From positions 1 through 49,155 of the IMG/VR virus record IMGVR_UViG_3300048849_000043: 49,155 nucleotides of DNA. One strand, 5' to 3'. The notes below the pieces were generated by a model. It searched no databases. It saw nothing but the letters and a program-made list of their open reading frames with translations, and had not been told where the DNA came from. Source of the DNA: a virus (lineage: Duplodnaviria > Caudoviricetes). The translations under genes and the position numbers were made by a program. Positions 8,900 to 17,008 of this stretch are shown here, in pieces. The stretch's first letter is position 1. Each line of letters starts with the position of its first letter.

Positions 8900-9129
8900 G
8901 ACGTGGCTGCCAGGGACTCAGTGAGGGAGACGCCCTTGGTGGCGTCGAGGATCCTCCACCACTCGGTGGAGTGCTCGCGGAGGAACGCGGTACGCGCGGC
9001 GTCGTTGCCGAACGTGACAGCGTCCTTGTACGACTTGCCGTCGTCGGTGAGGACGTAGGCCCATCGGACCACTTCGGCCGTCTTCGTCTTGGCGGGGGTC
9101 TTCTTCGCGGGGGTGGTGGTCTCAGGCAT
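8896..9129 (-). CDS. Hypothetical protein
   Basis: AAGGAG RBS before MPETTT. Confidence 0.6.
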   Translation of the reverse strand: MPETTTPAKKTPAKTKTAEVVRWAYVLTDDGKSYKDAVTFGNDAARTAFLREHSTEWWRILDATKGVSLTESLAATS

Positions 9130-9805
9130 GGGTTTTCTCCTTGGTGGGGGTGAGGCGGGTACGCCAGGCGTCGAGGACGGCGGCGGTCTCGATGGGGTCT
9201 GTCCGGACGGGCATGACTGCCCCGATGAAGTGGTCACCGCAGACGGCGATGACAGGCTTCGATGCGCCGGCGGCGGCACGGAGGATCAGCGGTCTGCCGT
9301 CGGGGTTGACGGATCGGTGGGTCGCGTCCTGGAACTGGGTCAGGAGACGCGGGTTCACAGCGACCGGTTCACCGGTCACTTCGTTGTCGAGGCCCCGGCT
9401 GAGGACGTCCCAGATGTTGGGTCCGGCGGTGTTGCTGAGCGCGTCGAACTCGAGGACGGTGGCGACGAGGTCACGTGACTGGCCCGCCGAGACTCTGAGG
9501 ATGTTTCCGATGACCTCGACGGTCAGCGGCACCTCGTTGTCCGGGTACGGCTTGATGGTCCGGAGCAGGGTCTTGATGTCTGCGGCTCTGATCAGCTGAT
9601 CGAACCCGTCGGGCGTGCCTGGAGCGGGGCGGCGGGATACGCCGGCCAGGTACCGGTTGGTGGCGTCCGCCGTCAGGTGCCCGTCGCCGGAGCGGATGCG
9701 CAGGCACGTCAGCTGCGGGGTTTCCCAGGGTTCGGCGGCCATCCCAAGAACAGGTGAGACCAGCTTCTGCAGCTCGACGATGGACGTGCGAATCGTGGTC
9801 GTCAC
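9122..9805 (-). CDS. Truncated/divergent beta-clamp-like protein (about two domains)
   Basis: ATNRY motif, VNPRLL, C-terminal GAVMPVR; these parallel the adjacent DnaN. Confidence 0.7.
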   Translation of the reverse strand: MTTTIRTSIVELQKLVSPVLGMAAEPWETPQLTCLRIRSGDGHLTADATNRYLAGVSRRPAPGTPDGFDQLIRAADIKTLLRTIKPYPDNEVPLTVEVIGNILRVSAGQSRDLVATVLEFDALSNTAGPNIWDVLSRGLDNEVTGEPVAVNPRLLTQFQDATHRSVNPDGRPLILRAAAGASKPVIAVCGDHFIGAVMPVRTDPIETAAVLDAWRTRLTPTKEKTHA

Positions 9806-10011
9806 CTGTGCAGCCCTCCCTGTCCGACGACCTCACGGTTGAGGTCCTGGATGGCGTGGCAGGGCTGCAGCATGCAGAACTGCCGCGGGTCGGGGTGGGT
9901 GTCGTCGTGCCAGTTCTTGACGACGTCCATGAGGGAGTCCGCGTCTCGCGTGTAGATGAGCGTGGTGGACCTCGCCGACGTGTTGATGAGGTTGCTGTGG
10001 GTGTTGCTCAT
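9802..10011 (-). CDS. Small hypothetical protein
   Basis: AAGGAG RBS; WHDDTH...CMLQPC. Confidence 0.55.
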   Translation of the reverse strand: MSNTHSNLINTSARSTTLIYTRDADSLMDVVKNWHDDTHPDPRQFCMLQPCHAIQDLNREVVGQGGLHR

Positions 10012-11105
10012 GAGGTCTCCTTGACGTTGAGGCGGACGGGCATGATCACGTGGGTTGCCGGCGCGGGGTCGCCGTCGGGGCTGATGCCGTGGACGAGGAC
10101 CGCTTTGGTGGGGCTGCTGCTGCACAGTTCGACGGCGTCGTAGCTGATGGACTTCAGCAGCGCGCCCAGGTATGTGGGGTTGATACCGAGGCGGATCGCT
10201 TCGTCGCCGACGACTTCGACCTGTTCTGTGCCGGAGCCTTTGTCGTCGGCTGACGACAGGGCCATGACCTGGTCGGCGATGTCGACGGTCACTGGTTTCT
10301 CCCGTTCCAGCACCAGCGCCGCCCGGTCCAGTGCCGCGAGCAGGTCTTGCCGGGTGACGGTGTGCGTGTACGCGGGGGTGAGGGCTTGGAACGCTTGCCA
10401 CCGGATCGGGTCCCCGTCGATGAGGCCGGCGGTGACGGTGGCGTTGTCGCAGGAGAAGCTGATCCGGTTTTCGTCGACGCCGATGGTGACGTCGCCGCCC
10501 ATGTTCTTGACGGCGGCGAGGATGTCGCCGAACACGACCCGGACTTTCATGTCGGCACCTGTCCAGGGGAGCGGGACCATGGCGGCCCGGTAGGCGTCTG
10601 TGGTGAAGATCCACAGGTTCTCGCCGTCCGTTTCGAGAACGGCCCCGTACACGGCCTTCTGGGTGGGGTCCACGCCAGCGGAGTGAGCAGCTTCCTTCGC
10701 GCCGAGCTCAAGCGCGTGCGCTGGCACGACACCCACTCTTGGGGGCGGGGGAGGTGTGGCCGGGTACTCGACCTCTGGGTACGCCAGCAGCAGGTACTTC
10801 GACCGTCCGGCCTCGACGGTGAGACCGCCGTCGTCGGATGTCAGGTTCACGGTGTGCCCGGGCAGCTTCTGCACGAGGTCCCGCAAACGGTGGCCGGACA
10901 CGATCGTCACCCCGTCGTCGGCGACATCCGCGACGATGGAACGTTCGATGGTCAGGTAGTAGTCGGTGGCCCGAAGACTCATCTGCCCGTTCGCCACGGT
11001 CATGTGCACCGCGGAGAGGATCGGCGCGGCAGGACGGGAGGGGATGGCAGGTGCGACTGCAGCAAGTGCGGCCGCGAACTCGGACCGGTTGACGGTTGCT
11101 CTCAC
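10008..11105 (-). CDS. dnaN: DNA polymerase III beta sliding clamp
   Basis: 365 aa; SRPAAPIL...ATDY, EYP, TTDAYR, INPTYL, IMPVRL. Confidence 0.92.
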   Translation of the reverse strand: MRATVNRSEFAAALAAVAPAIPSRPAAPILSAVHMTVANGQMSLRATDYYLTIERSIVADVADDGVTIVSGHRLRDLVQKLPGHTVNLTSDDGGLTVEAGRSKYLLLAYPEVEYPATPPPPPRVGVVPAHALELGAKEAAHSAGVDPTQKAVYGAVLETDGENLWIFTTDAYRAAMVPLPWTGADMKVRVVFGDILAAVKNMGGDVTIGVDENRISFSCDNATVTAGLIDGDPIRWQAFQALTPAYTHTVTRQDLLAALDRAALVLEREKPVTVDIADQVMALSSADDKGSGTEQVEVVGDEAIRLGINPTYLGALLKSISYDAVELCSSSPTKAVLVHGISPDGDPAPATHVIMPVRLNVKETS

Positions 11106-11233
11106 AGGTCGTCACCACCGTGGAGGTTGCGGCCGAACTTCGTGGCCGCGATGACGGTGGCGATCGCGCAGGCGGCGAGCAGCCCGCATAGGAGTCGCAG
11201 ACCGAGGATGACGAGCGTGTCGAATTCGCTCAT
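11102..11233 (-). CDS. 43-aa membrane peptide (not in the ORF track)
   Basis: MSEFDTLVILGLRLLCGLLAACAIATVIAATKFGRNLHGGDDL; 4-bp overlaps on both sides. Confidence 0.65.
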   Translation of the reverse strand: MSEFDTLVILGLRLLCGLLAACAIATVIAATKFGRNLHGGDDL

Positions 11234-11499
11234 GATGTGGCCCGTCCCTTTTCCGCCTGCAAAGCGGACTCGAGGTCGTCGGCAGCTCTGACCAACGAGC
11301 TGGCCAGGTTCCGCAGCGACTGAGGGTCGGTGCCGAGGATGGCGCCCTCATGGGTGCTGTGCTCGGGCTTCACCCCGCCGGGGTAACGAACCCACACGCG
11401 CGCACCGGACACCTTCCCGGTGTCGTCGTTCGCGAGGACACCCGCTTCGAAGATCGTCGTGTCGCGGATCAGGATCGTGGGGAGGGACGCCGTGCTCAC
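11230..11499 (-). CDS. Hypothetical protein
   Basis: GTG at 11499 overlaps the upstream TGA. Confidence 0.6.
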   Translation of the reverse strand: MSTASLPTILIRDTTIFEAGVLANDDTGKVSGARVWVRYPGGVKPEHSTHEGAILGTDPQSLRNLASSLVRAADDLESALQAEKGRATS

Positions 11500-12560
11500 G
11501 AGGTCACCTCGAGACGCTCGGCGCCGACCGTGACCTCGTGGAGGACCCGCAGGGTACGGACCTTGACCTTGTCGTCCAGGGTCACAAGGTCGTCGAGGTC
11601 GACCTCGACGGCGAGGAACCGCGGATCGCCGCCTCCGCCGTAGTAGCCGATCGTGGCGCCCGGCTCGGCGCACAGGTGGAGCCCGCCGCCACACGCCTGC
11701 TCGGGATCCCAGTCCGGGGCCGTGACCTGCTCGCCGATCGGGTAGGTGATCTCGCGGTAGCCCTGGCCGGCGACCAGGTCGGCGTCGACAGCCTTGTAGA
11801 GGACGACCTTGCCGTCGGTGACTGTGGCGCCGTTGTACTCGCACCAGGTGCCCGCGTCGCCCATGTCCAGGTCGGTCAGGTCGATGAGCTGACCACCGTC
11901 GAAGGTGGCCTGTGCGGAGTACAGGAAGACCGCGACGCGCGGCCCGACGTTGGTCGCCTTCGCGCGGCCGTACAGGCGGATCGTGGCCGAGCCCCCGACG
12001 CTCTGGATCGTGGCCGAGCCCCCGACGCTCTGGATCGTGGCCGAGCCCCCGACGCTCTGGATCGTGGCCGAATCCCCGACGCTCTGGATCGTGGCCGAGC
12101 CCCCGACGCTCTGGATCGTGGCCGAGCCCCCGACGCGCTGGATCGTGGCCGAGCCCCCGACGCGCTGGATCGTGGCCGAGCCCCCGACGCGCTGGATCGT
12201 GGCCGAATCCCCGACGCGCTGGATCGTGGCCGAGCCCCCGACGCGCTGGATCGTGGCCGAGCCCCCGACGCTCTGGATCGTGGCCGAGCCCCCGACGCTC
12301 TGGATCGTGGCCGAGCCCCCGACGCTCTGGATCGTGGCCGAATCCCCGACGCGCTGGATCGTGGCCGAATCCCCGACGCTCTGGATCGTGGCCGAATCCC
12401 CGACCTCTTCGATGCTCGAGTGTCCGTAGATCTCGACCTCGGACTCGCCTGTGTCGCCGATCGTGAGCCAGACGCCCTCAGGTGAGTCGATCAGGATCCG
12501 GGTGGTTTTCGCGGCCAGCGCTGCGTTGAACTCAGCCTGAGTAGTGACGGTGGTGGTCAT
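11496..12560 (-). CDS. Beta-solenoid repeat protein with C-terminal YKAV...CGGGLH domain
   Basis: 16 x (S/R)VG(G/D)SATIQ, followed by VLYKAVD...ACGGGLH...KVK. Confidence 0.8.
   Translation of the reverse strand: MTTTVTTQAEFNAALAAKTTRILIDSPEGVWLTIGDTGESEVEIYGHSSIEEVGDSATIQSVGDSATIQRVGDSATIQSVGGSATIQSVGGSATIQSVGGSATIQRVGGSATIQRVGDSATIQRVGGSATIQRVGGSATIQRVGGSATIQSVGGSATIQSVGDSATIQSVGGSATIQSVGGSATIQSVGGSATIRLYGRAKATNVGPRVAVFLYSAQATFDGGQLIDLTDLDMGDAGTWCEYNGATVTDGKVVLYKAVDADLVAGQGYREITYPIGEQVTAPDWDPEQACGGGLHLCAEPGATIGYYGGGGDPRFLAVEVDLDDLVTLDDKVKVRTLRVLHEVTVGAERLEVTS
11976..12407. repeat. Tandem repeat, 16 x 27 bp, coding
   Basis: Plus-strand unit ctggatcgtggccga(gc/at)ccccgacgc(t/g). Confidence 0.97.
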
Positions 12561-12736
12561 GCGCGGGCCGCCCGTCGAGCGATGCGAGCGGCCTTGCGGA
12601 TCCGCTTGCGGTTGGCTCGGTCCGCGTCCACAGCTTGGCGGTGGTTGCTGACCTGCTCGACGATCTTCTTAATCGTCGCATCGCCGACACCGGCTTTGCG
12701 TGCGTCCTTGACGGTCGCGAATCTGTACGTGGTCAT
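12557..12736 (-). CDS. Small basic hypothetical protein
   Basis: GAAAGG RBS; MTTYRFATVKDARKAG. Confidence 0.6.
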   Translation of the reverse strand: MTTYRFATVKDARKAGVGDATIKKIVEQVSNHRQAVDADRANRKRIRKAARIARRAARA

Positions 12737-12740
12737 GGGA

Positions 12741-12886
12741 TACTGCCTTTCAGTAGTTGTTGCGAAGGGCTCCGCGCTGGGACGCATGGGGCCCTTCGTG
12801 CTGTTTGGGGTGGTGCAGGGTCCCGGCGCCGTCGTGGGCATGCGCACGGACCGCTTCTTGAGCCGGGAGCAGACGGGCGCCGGGAC
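12741..12886 (-). promoter_or_regulatory. Structured intergenic RNA element (three hairpins)
   Basis: Inverted repeats at 12820-30/12876-86 (11 bp), 12763-70/12791-98 (8 bp) and 12741-45/12751-55 (around the SD). Confidence 0.5.
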
Positions 12887-12889
12887 GGT

Positions 12890-13075
12890 TTAGGGGGAGC
12901 CGCGGACGGTGTCGATCGGGCGGTGTCGGAGGTCGTCAGACGACAGGCACAACGGGGACCCGCCGGCCGGTGACCAGGACTCCACTACCTGTCCGTGGTT
13001 CCGGGACGACTCCAGGGCGATGGGCCGAAGACAGAAGCCGCACTCGGAGACCCGGGGGAGCGCGAGCGTTGTCAT
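12890..13075 (-). CDS. Small Cys-rich hypothetical protein
   Basis: MTTLALPRVSECGFC...LC...H. Confidence 0.55.
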   Translation of the reverse strand: MTTLALPRVSECGFCLRPIALESSRNHGQVVESWSPAGGSPLCLSSDDLRHRPIDTVRGSP

Positions 13076-13077
13076 GC

Positions 13078-13698
13078 TCACGCCCCGATCCAGCGGCGCA
13101 CCGGGAACAATTTGTTGTTGTTGCCGGTCGTGGAAGTGGTCGACTTCTCGTGAACGATCTCGCCGCTGGCGTCGCGGTAGAAGTCGATGAGCCCGTGGGA
13201 CTTGCACGTCGCCCAAAGGGCGCTGTACCTGTTCGGGTTGATCGAGATCCGCGGGCCCTTGACCGTGTCCTCAGTCAGCCGGACCCGGACGTCGTCCTGG
13301 TGGATCAGGTCGAGCGGGCCGCGGCGAGCATCCATGAGTGCCGCGATGAACTTCTCAAGGTCCTCGTCACCCCGGAACCAGTCGCCAGCGACCAGCTCAA
13401 CCCGCGCCCGGTACTCGCGGTCGATCGCGTCGAAGTCGATCGCCATGGCGTCGTGCTGTACGGCGGTCATACGGAACCTCGGCATCTTGGGGCAGTGGTT
13501 GCATCCGGGTGTGACGGCGAGGTCTTCGCAGACGGCGCAGTCATCGGGGGAGGAAGGGAGTTCTTCGGCGGGTTCGTCTTCGAGGGACGCTCCGCACAGC
13601 GCGACGGTCTCGTCGCTGCAGCAGCACGTGTGGACGATGTCGTCCCCGTTCGACGCATCGGGCCCGCTGGTGCGGGATTCGATCGCGACCGCGGTCAT
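13078..13698 (-). CDS. Hypothetical protein: Zn-finger N-domain plus wHTH-like C-domain
   Basis: HTCCC...ALCG...CAVC...CNHC, then a second MTAV start-like segment. Confidence 0.6.
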   Translation of the reverse strand: MTAVAIESRTSGPDASNGDDIVHTCCCSDETVALCGASLEDEPAEELPSSPDDCAVCEDLAVTPGCNHCPKMPRFRMTAVQHDAMAIDFDAIDREYRARVELVAGDWFRGDEDLEKFIAALMDARRGPLDLIHQDDVRVRLTEDTVKGPRISINPNRYSALWATCKSHGLIDFYRDASGEIVHEKSTTSTTGNNNKLFPVRRWIGA

Positions 13699-13928
13699 GA
13701 CGCGCGGCTTCTGGTTCGGCCCCAGGCGTCTTCGGTGGTCTCACGCACGCGGATCCGTTGCTCGATGGCGGCGATGTCCTCGTCGGTGAACAGCCACGTC
13801 GACGCCTTGGTCTGGACCGGGCGGATGTGTGGCCACGGTTTGACCGAGGTAGAGCAGCGCCGGCGGACCTGATCCACATCGAGGCCGAAGTGCACGGCTA
13901 CGTCGGAGATCGAGTGCAGCTTTTTCAT
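13695..13928 (-). CDS. Excisionase / MerR-like HTH protein
   Basis: SISDVAVHFGLDVDQVRR...WLFTDEDI; directly downstream of cro. Confidence 0.7.
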   Translation of the reverse strand: MKKLHSISDVAVHFGLDVDQVRRRCSTSVKPWPHIRPVQTKASTWLFTDEDIAAIEQRIRVRETTEDAWGRTRSRAS

Positions 13929-14158
13929 GCCGGGACCTTCGCCTCAGCGCTGACGACATAGGTGATGGAGTCGATAGAGACGCCGAGACGCTTAGCGATC
14001 GCGTTCGTGACGGCCGGGGAGGGTTGTTTGGCCCCCTTCTCGATGTTCGTCAGGTAGCCGGGGCTGATCAGGCAGTCGACTGCGAAGAGTCCGTGCTTGA
14101 TGCCGAGTGCCTCACGGAGCGCCCTGACAGCGGGACCGTGGACGAGTCGTGTGTGCAT
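13925..14158 (-). CDS. Cro-like XRE HTH regulator
   Basis: VRALREALG...ISPGYLTNIEKGAKQPS; divergent from the repressor; leaderless ATG at 14158. Confidence 0.85.
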   Translation of the reverse strand: MHTRLVHGPAVRALREALGIKHGLFAVDCLISPGYLTNIEKGAKQPSPAVTNAIAKRLGVSIDSITYVVSAEAKVPA

Positions 14159-14164
14159 GTGAAG

Positions 14165-14194
14165 ACCATAGGCAAGAACAGGCAACGATGTCAA
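14165..14194 (-). promoter_or_regulatory. Early lytic SigA promoter (leaderless)
   Basis: TTGACA-N18-TATGGT, 6 nt before the cro ATG. Confidence 0.8.
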
Positions 14195-14319
14195 GGAAGA
14201 CTAGGCAACAAAGTTTCTCGTTGAGATTCTGGGAAATTTCCTGTGAATGACACGCTTGGTTTTCTGGAAAATGCGGGGTTGGAGGCGGATACGCTGGTTT
14301 GCGTTGCCTGAAATTTCCT
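14170..14319. promoter_or_regulatory. Candidate repressor/Cro operators
   Basis: AGGCAA at 14170, 14180 and 14203, inverted at 14304; GAAATTTCCT at 14233 and 14310. Confidence 0.55.
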
Positions 14320-14334
14320 AGGAGAGTCCTACTC

Positions 14335-14787
14335 GTGATCAGCGGAACCGAAATCGCAGCGGCTCGACACCGTGCCGGCCTGAGCCAAAAGGCTCTGGCG
14401 GACCTGCTTGGCACCGACGTCAAGACGGTCAATAACTGGGAGACAGGGCGCACGAAACCTCGCCAACTGGAGGCAGTGCGCCAGTTCGTTCAGATGCACC
14501 CGCCCGCGGGGGCGGCGCCGCTGTCGCTGATCTCAGACGAAGAGCTGTTGAGGGAGATCGCCGAACGATTCGCGCGAACTCGAGCGAAAGGAGACTTGGG
14601 TGATGGCAACAACCTGGACCAGAAGAGTGTGAGTGACCCCGAGGGCGGGGGAGAGGTGATCGAAGGCAACTTCGGCGGACCAGACCCGGCTGACCTGATC
14701 GGTACGATCCCGGCCGACGCCCCCGGAGAGCCCTCGGAAGGACAGCGGCTTCGAGAGCAGCAGGATGAGGACGGCGAGCAGACATGA
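14335..14787 (+). CDS. Immunity repressor (XRE HTH)
   Basis: IAAARHRAGLSQKALADLLGTDVKTVNNWETG; divergent from cro. Confidence 0.85.
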   Translation: MISGTEIAAARHRAGLSQKALADLLGTDVKTVNNWETGRTKPRQLEAVRQFVQMHPPAGAAPLSLISDEELLREIAERFARTRAKGDLGDGNNLDQKSVSDPEGGGEVIEGNFGGPDPADLIGTIPADAPGEPSEGQRLREQQDEDGEQT

Positions 14788-15530
14788 CGCCGGTTGGCGG
14801 CAAGTCCCGCCGGATTCCCGGCGCCTCAGTCATCGAGACCAACGCACCGGCCGCCAAAGGCGCGAACGAGGTGCTGTACGGAACGGCACGCGTCCTAGTG
14901 AAGCCCAACCACTTCGCAACAGCGATGGTTGCGAACGAGTTCATCTGCGCTCGTCTCGCGATCGGCTTGGGCCTGCCGGTGCCGATGGGGGATGCTGCCA
15001 CGCTCAACGACCAGAGTGCTTGGGTGAGCGCGGAAATTGTCCTTGATGGTGTGGCGCTTCCGGACGTAGACCCGGACGTCATTGCCACTGCCGCGCCGTC
15101 GGACGTCGCAGGCATCTGTGTCTTCGACGTGTGGGTTGCCAACTATGACCGGTCGCCTGACAACGTCTTGTACCACCCAAAGATCGGTCTTTGGGCTATC
15201 GATCACGAGCACGCACTGGGAGGGCCGAGTCCATCCTTGGGAGACCTTAATCACGAGGTGTTGAACCCCGTGCACTGGCCGCTGTTGGCCCCCGACAAAC
15301 TGAACACTGTCTATTTGCGGAGTTGGTGTGAGCTCGTCCGGCAGATCAGTCCAGGAATGATCGACGCCGCGCTGCGTGAAGCGCAGGCGCGTAAACTCAT
15401 CAACACTGTGACGCGGGTAGCGCTGCAGCGCTTCTTGTCAGAGCGGTCGCGCATGATCGATCACCTGTTGGAGAAGTCGATCGGAGAGGAACACGTGCCA
15501 TGGCTGACCGACAAGCCGACTGGTACCTGA
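14784..15530 (+). CDS. HipA-like (HipA_2 / PI3K-fold) Ser/Thr kinase
   Basis: VLVK...ANEFICARLA..LGLPVP; FDVWVANYDRSPDN; WAIDHE. Confidence 0.85.
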   Translation: MTPVGGKSRRIPGASVIETNAPAAKGANEVLYGTARVLVKPNHFATAMVANEFICARLAIGLGLPVPMGDAATLNDQSAWVSAEIVLDGVALPDVDPDVIATAAPSDVAGICVFDVWVANYDRSPDNVLYHPKIGLWAIDHEHALGGPSPSLGDLNHEVLNPVHWPLLAPDKLNTVYLRSWCELVRQISPGMIDAALREAQARKLINTVTRVALQRFLSERSRMIDHLLEKSIGEEHVPWLTDKPTGT

Positions 15531-16273
15531 TCCAGTTCACGGCGAACATGAAGCGTCGTGAGCCGCGGAACGTCGGTGTAGCGCTGCGGTCGCCACAGGG
15601 ATGGTTAGCAAGGTTTTTTGGCGTTGAGAACGGACATGTAGATGGCCGGCGATTGCGCCCTTTGTCCGTCAGCGCGGATGCCTACGCCGCATGGGTCGAC
15701 CACTACACCCGTCATCTGAACAACGACGGGTGGGAACGAGTGCTCCGCGACCGCAAGGAACGCAACTTTGCGGTCGTGCCCGGCGGCACGATCTACGAGA
15801 CTCGCGCGACCTGGGCGACCGAACTCGACCGCCTCTATTCCGAGCTAGTTGACGACGACACCTCCAGCCGGACGCTGGCGGAACGCGAAAGTTCTCTGGA
15901 GATCGCCAGTCGCGTCTTACGCGTGGCCAACATCGCCGCCGAGCGTGACGTGCAGGTTGAAGCCGACTTCGGCGAGCGCAAGACCGATGTCCGATGGGAC
16001 TTTGCCCACCAGAACGGGTCTTTGCACCTCATGAACAGCCTTCGATTGACTGGCAGGAATCCGGCCATCTTGACTGAGTCCTTCTACGCTCGGGCGAAGG
16101 CTGTCGGGGCCGCCCGACCCAAGCTCACGAAGTTCGTCTGCTTCTACGATGGACTCGAGAACCAGACGAACGTGGATCGCGTCCTCGCGCCCATCGAGGC
16201 CGTCGCCACGACTGTAGATCTCTCGAACTTCGAAGAAGCAGTCGAGACGGTGCAGCGTCACGTGCATTCCTGA
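15500..16273 (+). CDS. DUF3037-like protein (usual partner of HipA-like kinases)
   Basis: YLIQF...REPRNVGVAL N-domain; C-terminal WDFAHQNG nuclease-like fold; overlaps the kinase by 31 bp. Confidence 0.75.
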   Translation: MADRQADWYLIQFTANMKRREPRNVGVALRSPQGWLARFFGVENGHVDGRRLRPLSVSADAYAAWVDHYTRHLNNDGWERVLRDRKERNFAVVPGGTIYETRATWATELDRLYSELVDDDTSSRTLAERESSLEIASRVLRVANIAAERDVQVEADFGERKTDVRWDFAHQNGSLHLMNSLRLTGRNPAILTESFYARAKAVGAARPKLTKFVCFYDGLENQTNVDRVLAPIEAVATTVDLSNFEEAVETVQRHVHS

Positions 16274-16276
16274 TTC

Positions 16277-16298
16277 TGTCGCAGCCGACATCTACCGT
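16277..16298 (+). promoter_or_regulatory. PafBC / RecA-NDp-type DNA-damage promoter
   Basis: TGTCGC-N10-TACCGT versus consensus TGTCGG-N10-TA-N3-T; 10 nt before the ImmA-like ATG. Confidence 0.65.
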
Positions 16299-16308
16299 CA
16301 GTGACACG

Positions 16309-16758
16309 ATGACGACACCGCACCCGTGGGCAGACAGCCCGAATCCTTGGCGAGACTGGCGGGAGTTGCCACACTTCGATCTTCACCACCGCCTTCTACC
16401 TGAAGGCGTGCACGGGCTCACTGACGGTGTGAAGAACGTTTGGCACGACATCCGCCTCCTGCAGGTCGAGCGTCGTTACACCACCCAGCACGAGCGCGAG
16501 CATGTGAACGCTGGGCACAGGGGATGTCAGAACGGCAGCGGGGAGGCGCGTGTGCTGTACCGCGCTGCGCAGTATCTGTGTCCGAGACCCCGGCCCATCG
16601 TCGACGCGCTCGTCGCAGCTGATGGCGATCTGGCGGTCGCCGCAGACCACCTGTGGCTTCCCGAACGCGGACTTCGTGCCCGACTCGATCAGCGGTTCAT
16701 GCATCCGGGGGAGTGGCCGTTCATCAGGAACTCAGTGAACGAGCAGCTTCACCCGTGA
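16309..16758 (+). CDS. ImmA/IrrE-like metallopeptidase (anti-repressor)
   Basis: ERRYTTQHEREH (HEXXH)...E...AA...ADHLW. Confidence 0.8.
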   Translation: MTTPHPWADSPNPWRDWRELPHFDLHHRLLPEGVHGLTDGVKNVWHDIRLLQVERRYTTQHEREHVNAGHRGCQNGSGEARVLYRAAQYLCPRPRPIVDALVAADGDLAVAADHLWLPERGLRARLDQRFMHPGEWPFIRNSVNEQLHP

Positions 16759-16785
16759 CGACGAAACTAGAACGCAGGAGCAACT

Positions 16786-17007
16786 ATGAGCGACGAGACG
16801 ATCCCGACAACGCTGACCGAGCGATTCCCCGACCTCTCCTTCGCGAAGGTGGAGGGGGCGTCGTCATGGGTAGGTGTGGACTCGGATGGCGAGGTGCACG
16901 TGTCCGCATGCTCGCGGCGGGGATCACAACCTGACCCGACGCGCGCGGCGCAAGACGCGATGGAGACCGGCTCGCAAGTCGTCGGCGCTGACGATGAGTG
17001 GGCCTGA
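16786..17007 (+). CDS. Hypothetical protein
   Basis: AGGAG RBS. Confidence 0.55.
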   Translation: MSDETIPTTLTERFPDLSFAKVEGASSWVGVDSDGEVHVSACSRRGSQPDPTRAAQDAMETGSQVVGADDEWA

Positions 17008-17008
17008 C

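Noticed and set aside
11976-12407. Possible CRISPR array
   Set aside because: The units are contiguous 27-mers with no unique spacers, they stay in frame within a CDS, and no cas genes are present.
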